A stretch of DNA of 63,734 nucleotides, the filler included, from Choristocarpus tenellus KU-1152 (taxonomy: Eukaryota; Protista; Phaeophyceae), in assembly GCA_964200185.2 (NCBI GenBank). It is 12 parts of 12 records of this genome, joined end to end, with 100 filler letters (N's around TTAATTAATTAA, not from the genome) between each part and the next. Parts side by side here need not be neighbours in the genome. Positions count along the whole stretch, not along the records: positions 23,168 to 41,326 come from CAXNAD020000577.1; positions 41,427 to 45,966 come from CAXNAD020014094.1; positions 46,067 to 49,859 come from CAXNAD020017885.1; positions 49,960 to 54,861 come from CAXNAD020012598.1; 8 more parts are not named here. The stretch is one strand, 5' to 3'. A program made the position numbers and the translations under genes. A model generated the notes under the pieces. The model was not told where the DNA came from, made no database searches, and saw nothing but the letters and a program-made list of their open reading frames with translations. How positions within the stretch are numbered: the stretch's first letter is position 1; each line of letters starts with the position of its first letter. Positions 38,324-50,306 of this stretch are shown in pieces.

Positions 38324-41272
38324 ATGACATGGAACCGAAGGCGACGGTCCCAAAACTTCTTGGGTCCCGATGATCAAGACTCCGTATCAAGCTGGGTTGA
38401 GCCCACAAAAAGTGCCATGTCACATGTGCGACTAAGGTTTGCCACGATCCAAAGGTTTTCCAATGTACGGCTCCTCACGATTACAGCTGTGGCGTTTTTC
38501 GTAGGTTCCGCATTGCTTTATGTCGAGCGTGCTACAGAGCCTGAGAGGAGGTGGGTGGAGTCAGTAGAAAACTCAGGTGAAATATTGGAGAGCGGTAGCA
38601 TGCAGGAGGAAGCTTGGATGAAGTTAGTAGAAAGATCAGACCAAAGATCGAAGCGCACAAGTGAGCGTGAGAGAATATGGGTGGAGCCAGTGGGCAGTAT
38701 GGACGATCTACGTTCTAAGGGCGACATCCAGCCCAAGAGAACTTGGAAGGAGCAAGTAGCAAGTTCGGACTCCCAAAACTCGAATCGCGTAAGGGAACCC
38801 GAGATGACCAAGAATGTGGAAGAATCGGACCAACACAAGAAACACTCAAACCCTAACAAGAGGAATTGGGAAGAGGCAGTGGAAAAATCAGACCAAGTTT
38901 CGGGAGGTGCAAGTGAGCGCAAGGGGGCTCAACCAGTGGAAAAATCAGACCGTGTTTCGGGAGGCGCAAGTGGACCCAAGGGGGCTCAACCGAACCGCGC
39001 TAGCGAACTCGAGATGACCAAGTCAATGGAAAGTTTGGAACAAAGCTCGAAAGGTTCTAGTAACCCAGAGAAGGCTGAGATTAAACCAGTGGGAAGCTCG
39101 AGCTCAGAGAAAAACTTGAATGAGTTCGAGCCTGTGGAATTTGACGCCGAGGAGGAGTGCGTCCCGAGCCCATTGGAGGATGTAACAGTTGTGTCCAAGT
39201 ACGGCTGCAAAGATTTGGAGGTGAAACACGCAGAACATGCTGCCCCCAGGGATTTTGATGTATTCTTTGCTAACATCAGGATCAAGCAGTATCTACGCTC
39301 TATCTCTTAACTGAATCAATTTCTTTGGTCATTCACTTCGATGTGACTGTTTTCTGTTCGAAGAGTCTTCTGCGTTATGGTGGGAAGATGACATTGTACG
39401 AAAGAGGCAAACAACATTTCTACGATGCTATAAATCCCAATAATGCATTCTTATATCATCACAAGCGCAGGTTGAAGACTGTATTCTAAGTATTTCCTCT
39501 TGTTGTTCCAGCTCAAACTGTATTCGTTTATTAGTTCCATGGCTTCCACATCTAACGCAAGGTACCACAGACTCATTATTTGCCATGCGTGACCGGGTAG
39601 GAGCATCAGTGGTCCCACGACTAGTGCCTGAAACTGAACTGCCTCTGAATGTTTTAACCCTATCTCCCTCACTCTCTTGCTGGTGGCATCTCAATTTGTG
39701 TTGCCTTCAAATGCAACCACCACAACCGTAAGGACATTCAAGAGAACTACAAAGGAAAGCTGCTTGGAAGGGGTTATTGGCGAGAGGTCTACTTGTACAA
39801 GTACAAAGGTGAGGACATCGCTGTCAAGACTCTCAGAGAGTCGCAGAAACCCAGCAGGAGAAACTTGGAGCGTCACCGCTGGGAGGCAGCAGCCATGGAT
39901 GCGGTGAGATCACTGCAGACAAGAGACAAGAACATTCCCGATCCCTTGCCTCAAGTCTTACTGATTGTTAGCATGGTCTCCACCCAGTGACACCACAGTC
40001 TGTACTGATTTTTGTTGTCATTGTTTTATGCCGTTGTTCTTATTACTATTACTAAGGGGGGGTTTTGCAAAATGAAAAAAATGGTATGGCCCACTGGCAT
40101 TTGAAGCACATGCCCAGTGTGTATTTTTTTTGTGTGTGTTGAGAAATCAGTGTCCGTGTAATGCCATTGAAGATGAGAAGGATGATGAGAGGTCAATTGA
40201 CGATTCAGTTAACTATGGGCAGAGGAAGATGGGGAATGTAGACAAGTTCTCTTACAGACCATAACATGGGTATTGGGATCCCCTCTCAAACCTGTGCTAA
40301 AATGGGCAGAAGAGATGGTGCTAAACTCTAGAAATTTCTTGTGTGTTCCAGTAGGCAAGACTACTGTGGGAAGGAAATTTGGGAAGATTAGATATGTTCC
40401 CTCAAATGAGATACCCTTATTAGAACTCCTAATACTGTGGTCTACGCAAGAATCTATGCAGGATTTTGCCTTCATGCTGAAAGTTCTATTCATTTGAGTT
40501 ACAGCATTTGATGTGCGTGTTTCACTCTTCAGTTGGGTTGTCTATGGAGGTGTGTGAAGATCAGCCGATGTCGCATTGAAAATCCTGCTAAAAAAAAAAG
40601 TGTGCATTAATTTTCCCTTCCACTGGATGCCTACCATGCAAACGAAGGAGACATTTCGAGACTTCAAAAAAAATCTTGCGGTTTTTACTCATTGTGATCA
40701 AGTTGTATCATCAATAGATTCGTCCACATCAGCTCAGGGCAATCATTTGGTACGACAGGAGTGGTGTGGCTGTTTAATCGACGGAAGGAGCCTCCCCCCC
40801 CCCCCACTTCTCAACAACGTAAATTAGACCACACTTTCCTTCTAACTCTCTTATGTATAATGCTTATTTTTCGCAACCGGATTATTTATTTTTGCAGCTG
40901 AAGGATCATCCCAACATTGTACATCTCCGGGGCATTTGCGGATGTGAAATGGTGACAGAATATTTTCCGTTTGCGATGGATGAGGTCCTCTTCTCAAAAG
41001 ACCTTCCTGTGCCCTTCAGGATGGTGGTAGAGATGGCCCTTGGAGCTGCAAGGGGACTAGCGGCCCTACACGGTGTGGAGGGGGGTCCGGTCGTCCATGC
41101 TGATCTGCAGCCTCGACAACTGCTGCTCAATTCTGAAGGGGTGGTCAAGCTCAATGATCTCAATCGTTCCCGATTCATGGGCAGGTATCCTGATCGGCCT
41201 GATAAGCCATGCCCATTCCGTATTGCCAAGGCTAATGGAGTGTGGAGGTCACCTGAAGAGTATGCTGAGGAG
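38324..41272 (+). CDS. Type II membrane-anchored protein kinase, PKDCC/VLK-like, 3' truncated; exons 38324-39220, 39733-39903, 40898-41272
   Basis: TM LLTITAVAFFVGSALLYV, repetitive stem, then YGCKDLE|DIQENYKGKLLGRGYWREVY..IAVK..HRWE..|HPNIVHLRG..VHADLQPRQLL..KLNDLN..WRSPEEY. Confidence 0.85.
38877..38990 (+). repeat. 57-bp (19-aa) coding tandem duplication in the kinase stem
   Basis: VEKSDQVSGGASERKGAQP / VEKSDRVSGGASGPKGAQP. Confidence 0.9.
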
Positions 41273-42006
41273 GTGAGCGTTACGGTATGGGGGTGTGGGG
41301 TTGAAATGGATAGGCCTGGGAGGGGGNNNNNNNNNNNNNNNNNNNNNNNNNNNNNNNNNNNNNNNNNNNNTTAATTAATTAANNNNNNNNNNNNNNNNNN
41401 NNNNNNNNNNNNNNNNNNNNNNNNNNCCCCAGATACTTTGCCCCTCATTATCAACAAATGGGAATGTGCACCCTCGATAGTCCCCCCTCTTACTATGGAT
41501 TCCTTCCTCCAATGTAGGTGGCAGTATTTCCCTATCAGTTTGTCCTTGCTCTTTCGTGTCTTTGAAAGGCATCTCCCGTGCCTTGAACTTTGTGCTCTTC
41601 TCCTCCTCCCCTTCCTCGTCCCACGGTTGGCCCCGCAGCAACAACTCCCTCCTAATGACAGTGACGTACCACCCATCTAGTATATCTGAAATAATTTCTT
41701 TGAACTGCTAGAAGGGGGAACGATCAGATAGAATAAGAATGGGCAACAGGGAAACAAAGAGGTAGATTAGGGTGGCAAACATGAGTGCATAAAGTGCGCT
41801 CATAACTCCCAAGACCAGGAAGTGAGGTCTGACGCAGAAGCAATTGTATGCTCCAAATTTTTTGAGAGGAAGTTCATGCTGCCGCCATTGATGATGCTCT
41901 GCTAAATTATTAGAGGTGACAAGTGCAATTCTCTTCCCCTGAGAATTATTGCAGCAAAGTGATGACCCTGTCTCCCACCGATTCAAGTTCTGCTTTTACC
42001 CTTACC

Positions 42007-43630
42007 TGCGAGGTTAGTATTGTTGATTCATTTACACTCCATTGGTCTCGAAATCCCCTTATATCGGAAGATTTGTTGGTTTCCTCAATAGCCGTTGTGG
42101 CGACTATATCAGTGGTGGTGGTGGTGGTGGTGGAAACAGCCAACGACTGAGGATCAATCTCTCCTGCTCCCAAGTGTTCGTTCCCCTTACTCTCCTCCTG
42201 AGCAGGTCCATTGCCACTCCAATCCCCACCATGCAAACATGACAGACCTTGCGCAGCCTCTTCTGTTCTACTAGCAAACACACCGGCCTCTATTGGTTCG
42301 GATGATAGAATTGGCAAAATATCCAACACTGGGGCATCGGAAGCACCCATTAGATTAATAGACAGATCATTGCTTGTGACCACTGAACACTCACTTCCAT
42401 CTTGTGCCTGATCTCTCTGAAGGTAAGCTGACTCCGATGATTCCTCAAGTTTTTCTTGTTTATTAGCAGGGCCCTGCTTTTTGACATTTCCAACTACATC
42501 ACTACTAACAGCTCTCCCACCACTCATCTCAGCCATAAGCTGATTTGTTGGTGGGAGTTCTTTCGTGTCCTCCCCAGATGTGCCACTGCTCAGACGAACA
42601 TCATTTTCTCCTCTTACAGATTTAGAATCAGATGCCACCAATGATGTTGCATCTTGTGTAACTCCCTCACAAGGAAAAAAACCCATGGGGTCAATCATCT
42701 CCAACATACTATTCTCCTGTACCTTAGACCCTTCCTTTGTGAATGTGGATAATCCCTCGGCTGGTGATGCATTCCGCTGTGCACCATGGCTACCAGGGTT
42801 ATCAATCGCAGTGTTCATTGCAGTTGCCTCTAATGAACTCCCCTTGAGCAAGGGGAGCACTCCATCTGCTGTGGTGCTTTTGCTGCTGACTGTCCGAAAT
42901 ATGTTTTCTGGCCCGCTGAAGTATATCTCCTCTTGAAGAATTTCACGTTCAACATACCCTCCAGTTTGGTTTTCTTGGGACACCGTCGATTTTTCTCTCT
43001 CTATTTCTGGGGTAGGCTTACCATTGCACAAATCATCCATTGGCTCTGTTATCTCAAGTCCTGATATCACCGGAAGCGACGAGCCGCTATCCTCCAAATG
43101 GACACTGTTCCCAACATCTCGCAACAATTCGACCACAACCTGTTCAGCTAATTCTTGAGTAGACAACGCTACTATTTTACTTTGTTGAATTTCCCCAATA
43201 CTACTTGCTTGTCCTGAGGTTACTGTGGACTGTGAGGACTCTGGAATGGAGTCTATTCCTGTTCCCCCTTCGTTTCCTGCTTCATTTCCCGATCCCCCTA
43301 CCAAGGATTGGTCATGATATGATGGAACAGCTGCAGTATCCCGTGAAAAGGAAACTCTCCGCCCAGAGGCTTTGTCTGACTCCCTCCCCTTCACCAGCGC
43401 AGATTCCAGGGATTCGCTTCCTTCAAGTGCTGGACCCGGCCATCTCGTTGTTTGCTGCTCTTGCCCTGGAGAGGGTGGTCCTCGTTCTAATCCTTGTTCG
43501 CTTTTCGTAAACTCCTGGACAACATTATCTGCCGCCACCTGACCTCTCAAGTCCACTTCGTCGATCATGTTTCTGGAGGTATAGTAGTTCCTGGGTTTCT
43601 TGCCATCTCGCTGGGATTTATCGCCGCCTG
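42007..43630 (-). CDS. Large internal exon of an uncharacterised S/E/G-rich, probably disordered protein
   Basis: 540-aa ORF, open upstream of its ATG to AG acceptors at ~43628-43636; strong CAG|GTAAGG donor at 42007. No domain recognised. Confidence 0.7.
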
Positions 43631-46575
43631 TCGACCTTCAAGTCTTCCTTGAGAGGGGGGTGAAATGTTGGTGCCCTACTCACTGTAGCATGAAAATATT
43701 TAAAAACGCAACTAGGAATAGTATAGTTTTGTAACCGCAATAAAAGTGAAAACTGGTATTGTCTGTATTACGTAGACCCCACGACCGGCTTTAGATCATG
43801 AACTTCATAGGGACTATTTCCTGAACAGAACGACTTCAACTAAGGAACTCTAAATCGTTGCGACGTTGGAAACGATGGATTTATTCCTCACCAATTACTC
43901 TATGCGAGCATATTGTTGTCCTCGCCCTGACCCTCACAACTTGTAAGATGCTGGTAGACGCTCTATCATGCCTGACATTTTGGTGTCACCCAGATAATTG
44001 CGCAATCGATACAAAAGGTTCTTCCCTTGCTCGAGTTCAAGGGATTGTTCGAAGACCACGGAACCTCACAGCTCTGATGCTACTCCGATTATAGGCAATG
44101 TTTCCTGATATCAATAGATTAAGTGGAGTATTTAAACCCACTTCCACACCCAGTTCTAACAACAGACATCTACCCAGTAATGGCAAAGATGTCCAGCGCC
44201 CCATGTTGAGATGCATCTTGCTGTTATGAGATCCTTCTTTTCAATACCTGGGGCTAAAATGTAAAAGTACTGGACCCCAATGTCGAATCTTAAGGGTTTC
44301 TTAATTCGTTGAAATTTTTGACAGTGGGACCTACCAATCAATGATGGGTTGGTGTTCACAACAGAAATTACATTTTTCCGGAATGAGACCTCTCCTTCGT
44401 CTCAAGGCAGTAGCTCCGTCTCTCAAATTGAACTATGTGAGACACTGCTTCTCAATAACTCTTTTTGTCCAGGTCTGCACTGCCTCGCCAATAAAAATAT
44501 CAGATCATTGGGTTATTGGAACTATTACTATGAAAGTCTAGTATTATCATCACGGAATCGTTTAAATTCAGAGTGACCCATTGAGACGCAGATGAGATCT
44601 TCCAGAAATTGGATTTTCTAGTCCATTGATTTGTCCAGGAAGGAACAATTTTGGAAATTCCTGTTGAATGGTTTAATTTGTCCTTGATAGGGAACTTGTT
44701 GAAATGAGGTTCAATCTAATTACCTACCTCACTCAGTGGCGATGATGATCCCTGCTGCTTATTTGTTTTGTTGTCACAACCAACCCCGTTTTGTTATGTG
44801 TGAACGTGTGTTTTATGTATCGCCACTATTACTACTACTACCTACTACCAGTACTACAGCTGTTTCCACTGCCACCACTACATATTCTGGCAGTTGCATG
44901 CACATTATGATTTTTCGTGGACTTTCTCTTTTCTCCTCTGCCCCTTCTTCTAGTGTTGTTGGTGTGGTTGTCAATAGCATCACTTCTAATTACTCATAGG
45001 CACTGATCTTCATGTGATTATAATTGTGTAGTCCATGTAGCAGTGGCGACTTTTTGAATGACTGCTTATGATGAGCATCAACTACTCCACTGAAAATAGC
45101 CTCAATATCAGTAATTCCGTTGTTTAAATGACAAAAAGTAGCCCACATTCCACACGGAACTGGGCATGTAATCTCTAAACGGGTCACAAAATCAGAACCA
45201 GCGCAATACCATTCAAGGGGGGGTGGGGGTTAGAGATTGAAGTCGAAAGACTTGTAGAAACAGTCGCAAGAAGGAGAACAAGAAGATTTATGAGTAACAA
45301 AAAGCTAGTAATGAGAGTACTATAGTAATTGTAGGAGTGGCATAGCAGGAGCAGTAGTAGTAGTAGTACTGAGTGGCGGTAGTGTTGAAGGGGTGCACAT
45401 TGTCAAACCACTCACTGTTGGCTGCACCTTCAGGTTTTGAACTCAGAGCTGTTATCAGATTGTGCTAGCACCTTCGTACCAGTTGAGTACCCTATTCTTA
45501 GCCACTGAGGCACATATGGGTTTGGCCCTTCCTTGACAAGAAATATCTTCTGGAAAATATGGTTTGTGATGATTCAAAGTCCATGTGGCGAGCGTCTACA
45601 TTGTACAGCTGTACCAATCTATTTGTCACTGTTTTTACAAAATGTTGGAACCGGAAATGGCGTGGCAAGGCTTCATTGCTGAACGACACCAAAGTGAGTC
45701 CAACAGGAGAAGAGTTGGAGGAGGAGGCAGAGCAACAAGAGGTGGGATGACGGAACCCGACGTGCGAGAAGTAACTCATGAGTGGAGGCAGTACACAACT
45801 AAAATTGTCAAAGTGCAACATTTAGTTGCAGTAGTTCTACGTAGCAGCTAGTATGAGTAGTGTAGTGTGTTGTGCCTCTGACCACTGGTTAGAACTGTGC
45901 AAAATAGAACAATAGTGAAGTGTACCTTATTTTGTATGTATGAGATTATTGTGTTTGAATTGAATCNNNNNNNNNNNNNNNNNNNNNNNNNNNNNNNNNN
46001 NNNNNNNNNNTTAATTAATTAANNNNNNNNNNNNNNNNNNNNNNNNNNNNNNNNNNNNNNNNNNNNGATTGTGTGACGCTTTTTTAGGGCGTACCCATGG
46101 GTGAACAAAATCGGGGTAGGTGCTGTATAATGGAATGAATGCAGGGAAATAAATATAAGCATTTTCACAGGCTTGCCGTCGACTGATCTTGCAATTTCCA
46201 GGGGTCTACAAGTTTAGAACTACCTTTACCCTATGCTACAAGCCTCCTGTTGGAAATCCCTACGAATGTGTTGGATATTGTGAAGACATCAGAAAAAAGT
46301 AAATAGTACTTTTAAGTATATTATTATGTCCACTTACATTTTGCAGATTTGTCACAGGAAAATCCCCACCAATATCACAAGGAACCCTGTAAAAATAACA
46401 GTTGCTGTAAATGTAAATGTACCTCTCGAAGACAATTTACTATTTGAATAGCTATAAAAGATAGTAGTAGCTATTTTGCTACAGGTGTGGAGCAATAGAT
46501 ATCTATTATTATCATCATCACCACTACCAGTACTACTTAGTATTATAAGTACTACTGTTATTGTTTTTTAAAAAT

Positions 46576-46830
46576 GAGCGAAAGTATCTTAGAGGGTACA
46601 AGTTTCCCATGTTTGTCCGTTTGGGGCTTGGCTTCCCATGTTTTTTTTATGACATTTTCCTACTCCAACGTTTCGGAGTAGGCAAAATGTATACGTTATG
46701 AAAAAGTGTGTCCGGAACAAGGATGTTGACACTTCCTAACAAACACGATAGTCAAAATTGCATCAAAATCGCAACATTGGATTTTGGTCCCCAAATGGAC
46801 GCGGCTCTACCGTTTAAGATGCTTTGGCTC
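46576..46830 (-). mobile_element. MITE family A, full inverted copy
   Basis: GAGCGAAAGTATCTTAGAGGGTAC ... TACCGTTTAAGATGCTTTGGCTC; flanks AAAT/TAAT. Confidence 0.9.
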
Positions 46831-47619
46831 TAATGCCCCCTGACATTTTGCAGACGTGTCCGGCAAAGAAACAAACCTATATTACAAGGACCTCTGCAGA
46901 ATGAACAGTTGTTGTTAATGTTAAAGAGACCTCTCTAAATATTAACTATCTGAAGAGACCCCTCCTTTCCCCTCCACAAAATTGTAGTTCCCTACCAGGA
47001 TCCACTGTTTGTATCTACCATATGTCCTTAACCATCAACTGTCACCCTCGTATTATACAAAACACTATACTAATTCCTAGATACACTTGTCAAATATATA
47101 AAAAAACTATATTTCGTATTGAAAGTTTTTTTGTCAAGAGGAAATGAAAAAACAATAACATTCATCACCACACCCTTGCCATAACGCAAGAGTTCGTAAC
47201 AGATTTTAATCCCCTGTCTGCAGAAGGCATGACGAGTGATGATCGAGCACAAGCAGAAGGAATTGTTTCATCAGTGAGTGGTGGAACACCCTTGCAAGAG
47301 GTATGTAGCCTGAGAAGAGTCAAGAAATTCGTTAGGACGCAGCTCTGATGATTGCTCGGTCACGTCTAGATCCGAAAAGTATGCTGCCTCAGAGAGTAGA
47401 AATCAGACCAGAACAGTTTCGCTGGGTCCAGAGTGGAATAGTAACCGTGGAAGGGTCATGCCGTCATCATTCTTGACCATAGTGAAAAAAGGTACAACAC
47501 CAACCGTAATGTGAAAACCAAACTGCAACCATACCGTCAAGTTAAAACTACAACACTATACTGTCAAAAATGGAACTTCAACCATACTCTGGGAAGTACT
47601 GTACAATCAAATTATACTA

Positions 47620-47857
47620 CGAAAAAATGTTCTTGTGATATATTCATGCTTTTCCAAATTCACGGATGCATAATTTTGCAGATGTGTTGAAGGAAGGAAA
47701 GACAATAATTAAAATTACAAAAACTTATTGTACAAGAACCGAAAAAATGTTCTTGTATTATATTCATGCTTTTCCAAATTCACGGATGCATAATTTTGCA
47801 GATGTGTTGAAGGAAGGAAAGACAATAATTAAAATTACAAAAACTTATTGTACAAGA
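47620..47857. repeat. Near-perfect 120-bp tandem duplication
   Basis: 47641-47737 is identical to 47761-47857. Confidence 0.95.
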
Positions 47858-48301
47858 GTTGTCGTTTCAAAAGACATAATGAAATTTACACTGGCTATAC
47901 AACATGTCCCCTGAGAGATTGGTCCCTATACAAACCAATATACCCACTGCTCCAGCCTAACCTTACAATGAAGAAAAGCAGGGCAATATGATAAGAGAGG
48001 TAGAAGGAAATGGGGGCAGTATGTGATAGTTACAGATATCCACCATGTCCTCATAGTGCAAATATCTGTACAAACATTAATATTATTATCCTTGTTGAAA
48101 ATAGTATTATTGTCAATTGTTACTGTTGTTGATGTTCAAATTTAGTCTTGAAGGGTACCAAATATGGTCGACAGGTAGTCACAGGAAAAGCAACATATAA
48201 CAACGCTTGTAAGAAGGTATTAGAGTAATAATGCAATTGTAGGTTGAAAGCATTTGTGAGTTTCAAAGTTTAGATTGGCTGTAAAAATTTCAATGCACTC
48301 G

Positions 48302-48561
48302 GAGCCAAAGTAAACGAGAGGTACCTGAGGTTGCATTTTAAGAATGCTGACAATTTTGTGCAAAATTTAACTTTTTGTACAAATGCCTACAGACAATTTT
48401 AATATTTCTGTCGAAAATTATTTAGACATTTGAGAAATCAGCCCTCTCAGGTCAATCTTAGCACTTCAACCATTGAAATAAGGGTGAATTGAGATAGATC
48501 AAAAGAGTCACATAAAATTCAAAACGGTCAAAACCTTGCTACCTCTCGTTCACTTTGACTC
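48302..48561 (+). mobile_element. MITE family B, full copy (260 bp)
   Basis: TIRs GAGCCAAAGTAAACGAGAGGTA / TACCTCTCGTTCACTTTGACTC; TCG on both flanks. Confidence 0.9.
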
Positions 48562-49083
48562 TCGACGATAATCTAAACCTCATAGTGGACGTATTTTCGT
48601 ATCCTAATCGCTGAGCTCCATGCAGCTCCATGTATCCAACTGACTTTCTAAGTAGGAATCTCCATTTTTACACGGTTGCCTTGACACTTTCACACCTAGT
48701 CTTCAAAAGTTAATATTTATTTGGAGAGTGTGTAGACACGTTCTCACTCGCAAAATCCGATGTAGCATAGGAGGAAGTTGTGTTTCGACGAGTGAAGCAT
48801 CATGTATTGGTCAATCTGTGCGAGCTCAAACCAAGAGGACAGACGAGGAGGAAATTATTTCAGTTAGGGCATTTCCTGCACCCTACCAAAACCCCTCAGG
48901 TTATCAGCCATCCATTGCAATGGTTGCTGCGATGGTTGGACAACAGGAAGGTAGATAACGATGAATGGAATACTGGTGTTTGACAATAGCTACAACTATC
49001 TACACAGCTTCTTTATAAAGATAGTTGTAGCTACCTTTCTTCCCCTCCTTTCCCCTTGCTATATAGTGGAACAATAACCTCAC

Positions 49084-49227
49084 CAAAGGCACTGTTGATT
49101 CCGTAAGCCGCAAACAGTGACAGGACCACCAGAATCACCCCTCCTCCGCCCAAAAGTGTGCGCGTTCCAACGCAACCGTGACCACCGCGTCCCAGTACGG
49201 CACATGCAAAAACAATCATCACAATGC
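49084..49227 (-). CDS. Single exon of a Patched/NPC1-family sterol-sensing-domain protein
   Basis: CTGCAG|..IVMIVFACAVLGRGGHGCVGTRTLLGGGGVILVVLSLFAAYGINSAFG|GTGAGG, 144 nt, resembling the first two SSD helices. Confidence 0.65.
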
Positions 49228-49993
49228 CTGCAGTTCAAACCAATAAGCAGCAACAGTTTCCACATGCAGCAAGGCATTCACAAAAGCGAGGCGAGTTAAG
49301 TGTGGGGAGAGGGGGTGAGATCACCCTTCCTCTTCTCCGTAGCAAGTGCAACTCATACACCATAGATGTCACTGTTAGGATTAATCGGATAGGGAATGAC
49401 AAAGAGTCAGTCATATGCTTGTTCATAGAAGAAAATGACAGATCTAAAAATGTTGACCAATATAGATATAGGCTCTGCATTTCTATGGGATCACAAAATC
49501 ACAGGATAACATATCGGTCCAATAACCACAATATATACTGCATCAATATTGGGGTAGTATACCTACCTAAGTCAGACCATTGTAAATAAGAGGGTTAGCC
49601 TTCTCTTGTTGTATGGAGCAATGTATGGTGTGAGGAGATAAGTCGGGCTGAAAGTGATTTTGGCGTTGTGGTTCTGAATCAGATAGTAGCAGTACTCCCC
49701 AGACTAAAATGAAATATAAACCTCTCTGCCCTGTTCTGTGACTTCCTGGGATGCGATTCAGAATGTCAAGTTCGTCAGCGATCACAATGCTTCAACAATA
49801 ATCCGGACTGCTAATGGGTCAAAGTATCTGGGGGGGGGGTGCCGGCGTCCGCTTTTGACNNNNNNNNNNNNNNNNNNNNNNNNNNNNNNNNNNNNNNNNN
49901 NNNTTAATTAATTAANNNNNNNNNNNNNNNNNNNNNNNNNNNNNNNNNNNNNNNNNNNNCTTTTTTTGTGGGGTTGCAGGGGTGGGGTTTTTT

Positions 49994-50027
<34 letters not shown>

Positions 50028-50306
50028 GCTCAAGGTGCATACTACGTCCTTCAACTGCATAGTTTTGCTGGGCGTAGGGTATGTCTGTCTTTTTAAAGAA
50101 CTGTTGATGCACCCATGTTGTTCATTACCCCTGTCAGCGTTTCTCTCCTCATGAAATATGAGGGAATTGTACATATCCACATTCAAGCATCATAGATGCA
50201 TTTGATCAATGGAACTGCTAGTGATGCTACGAGAAAATCTTCTCTGCCTCACTCACACAAACACACCTCCACCCCACCCATGGTCATCTCCATTGTAAAT
50301 CTGTAG

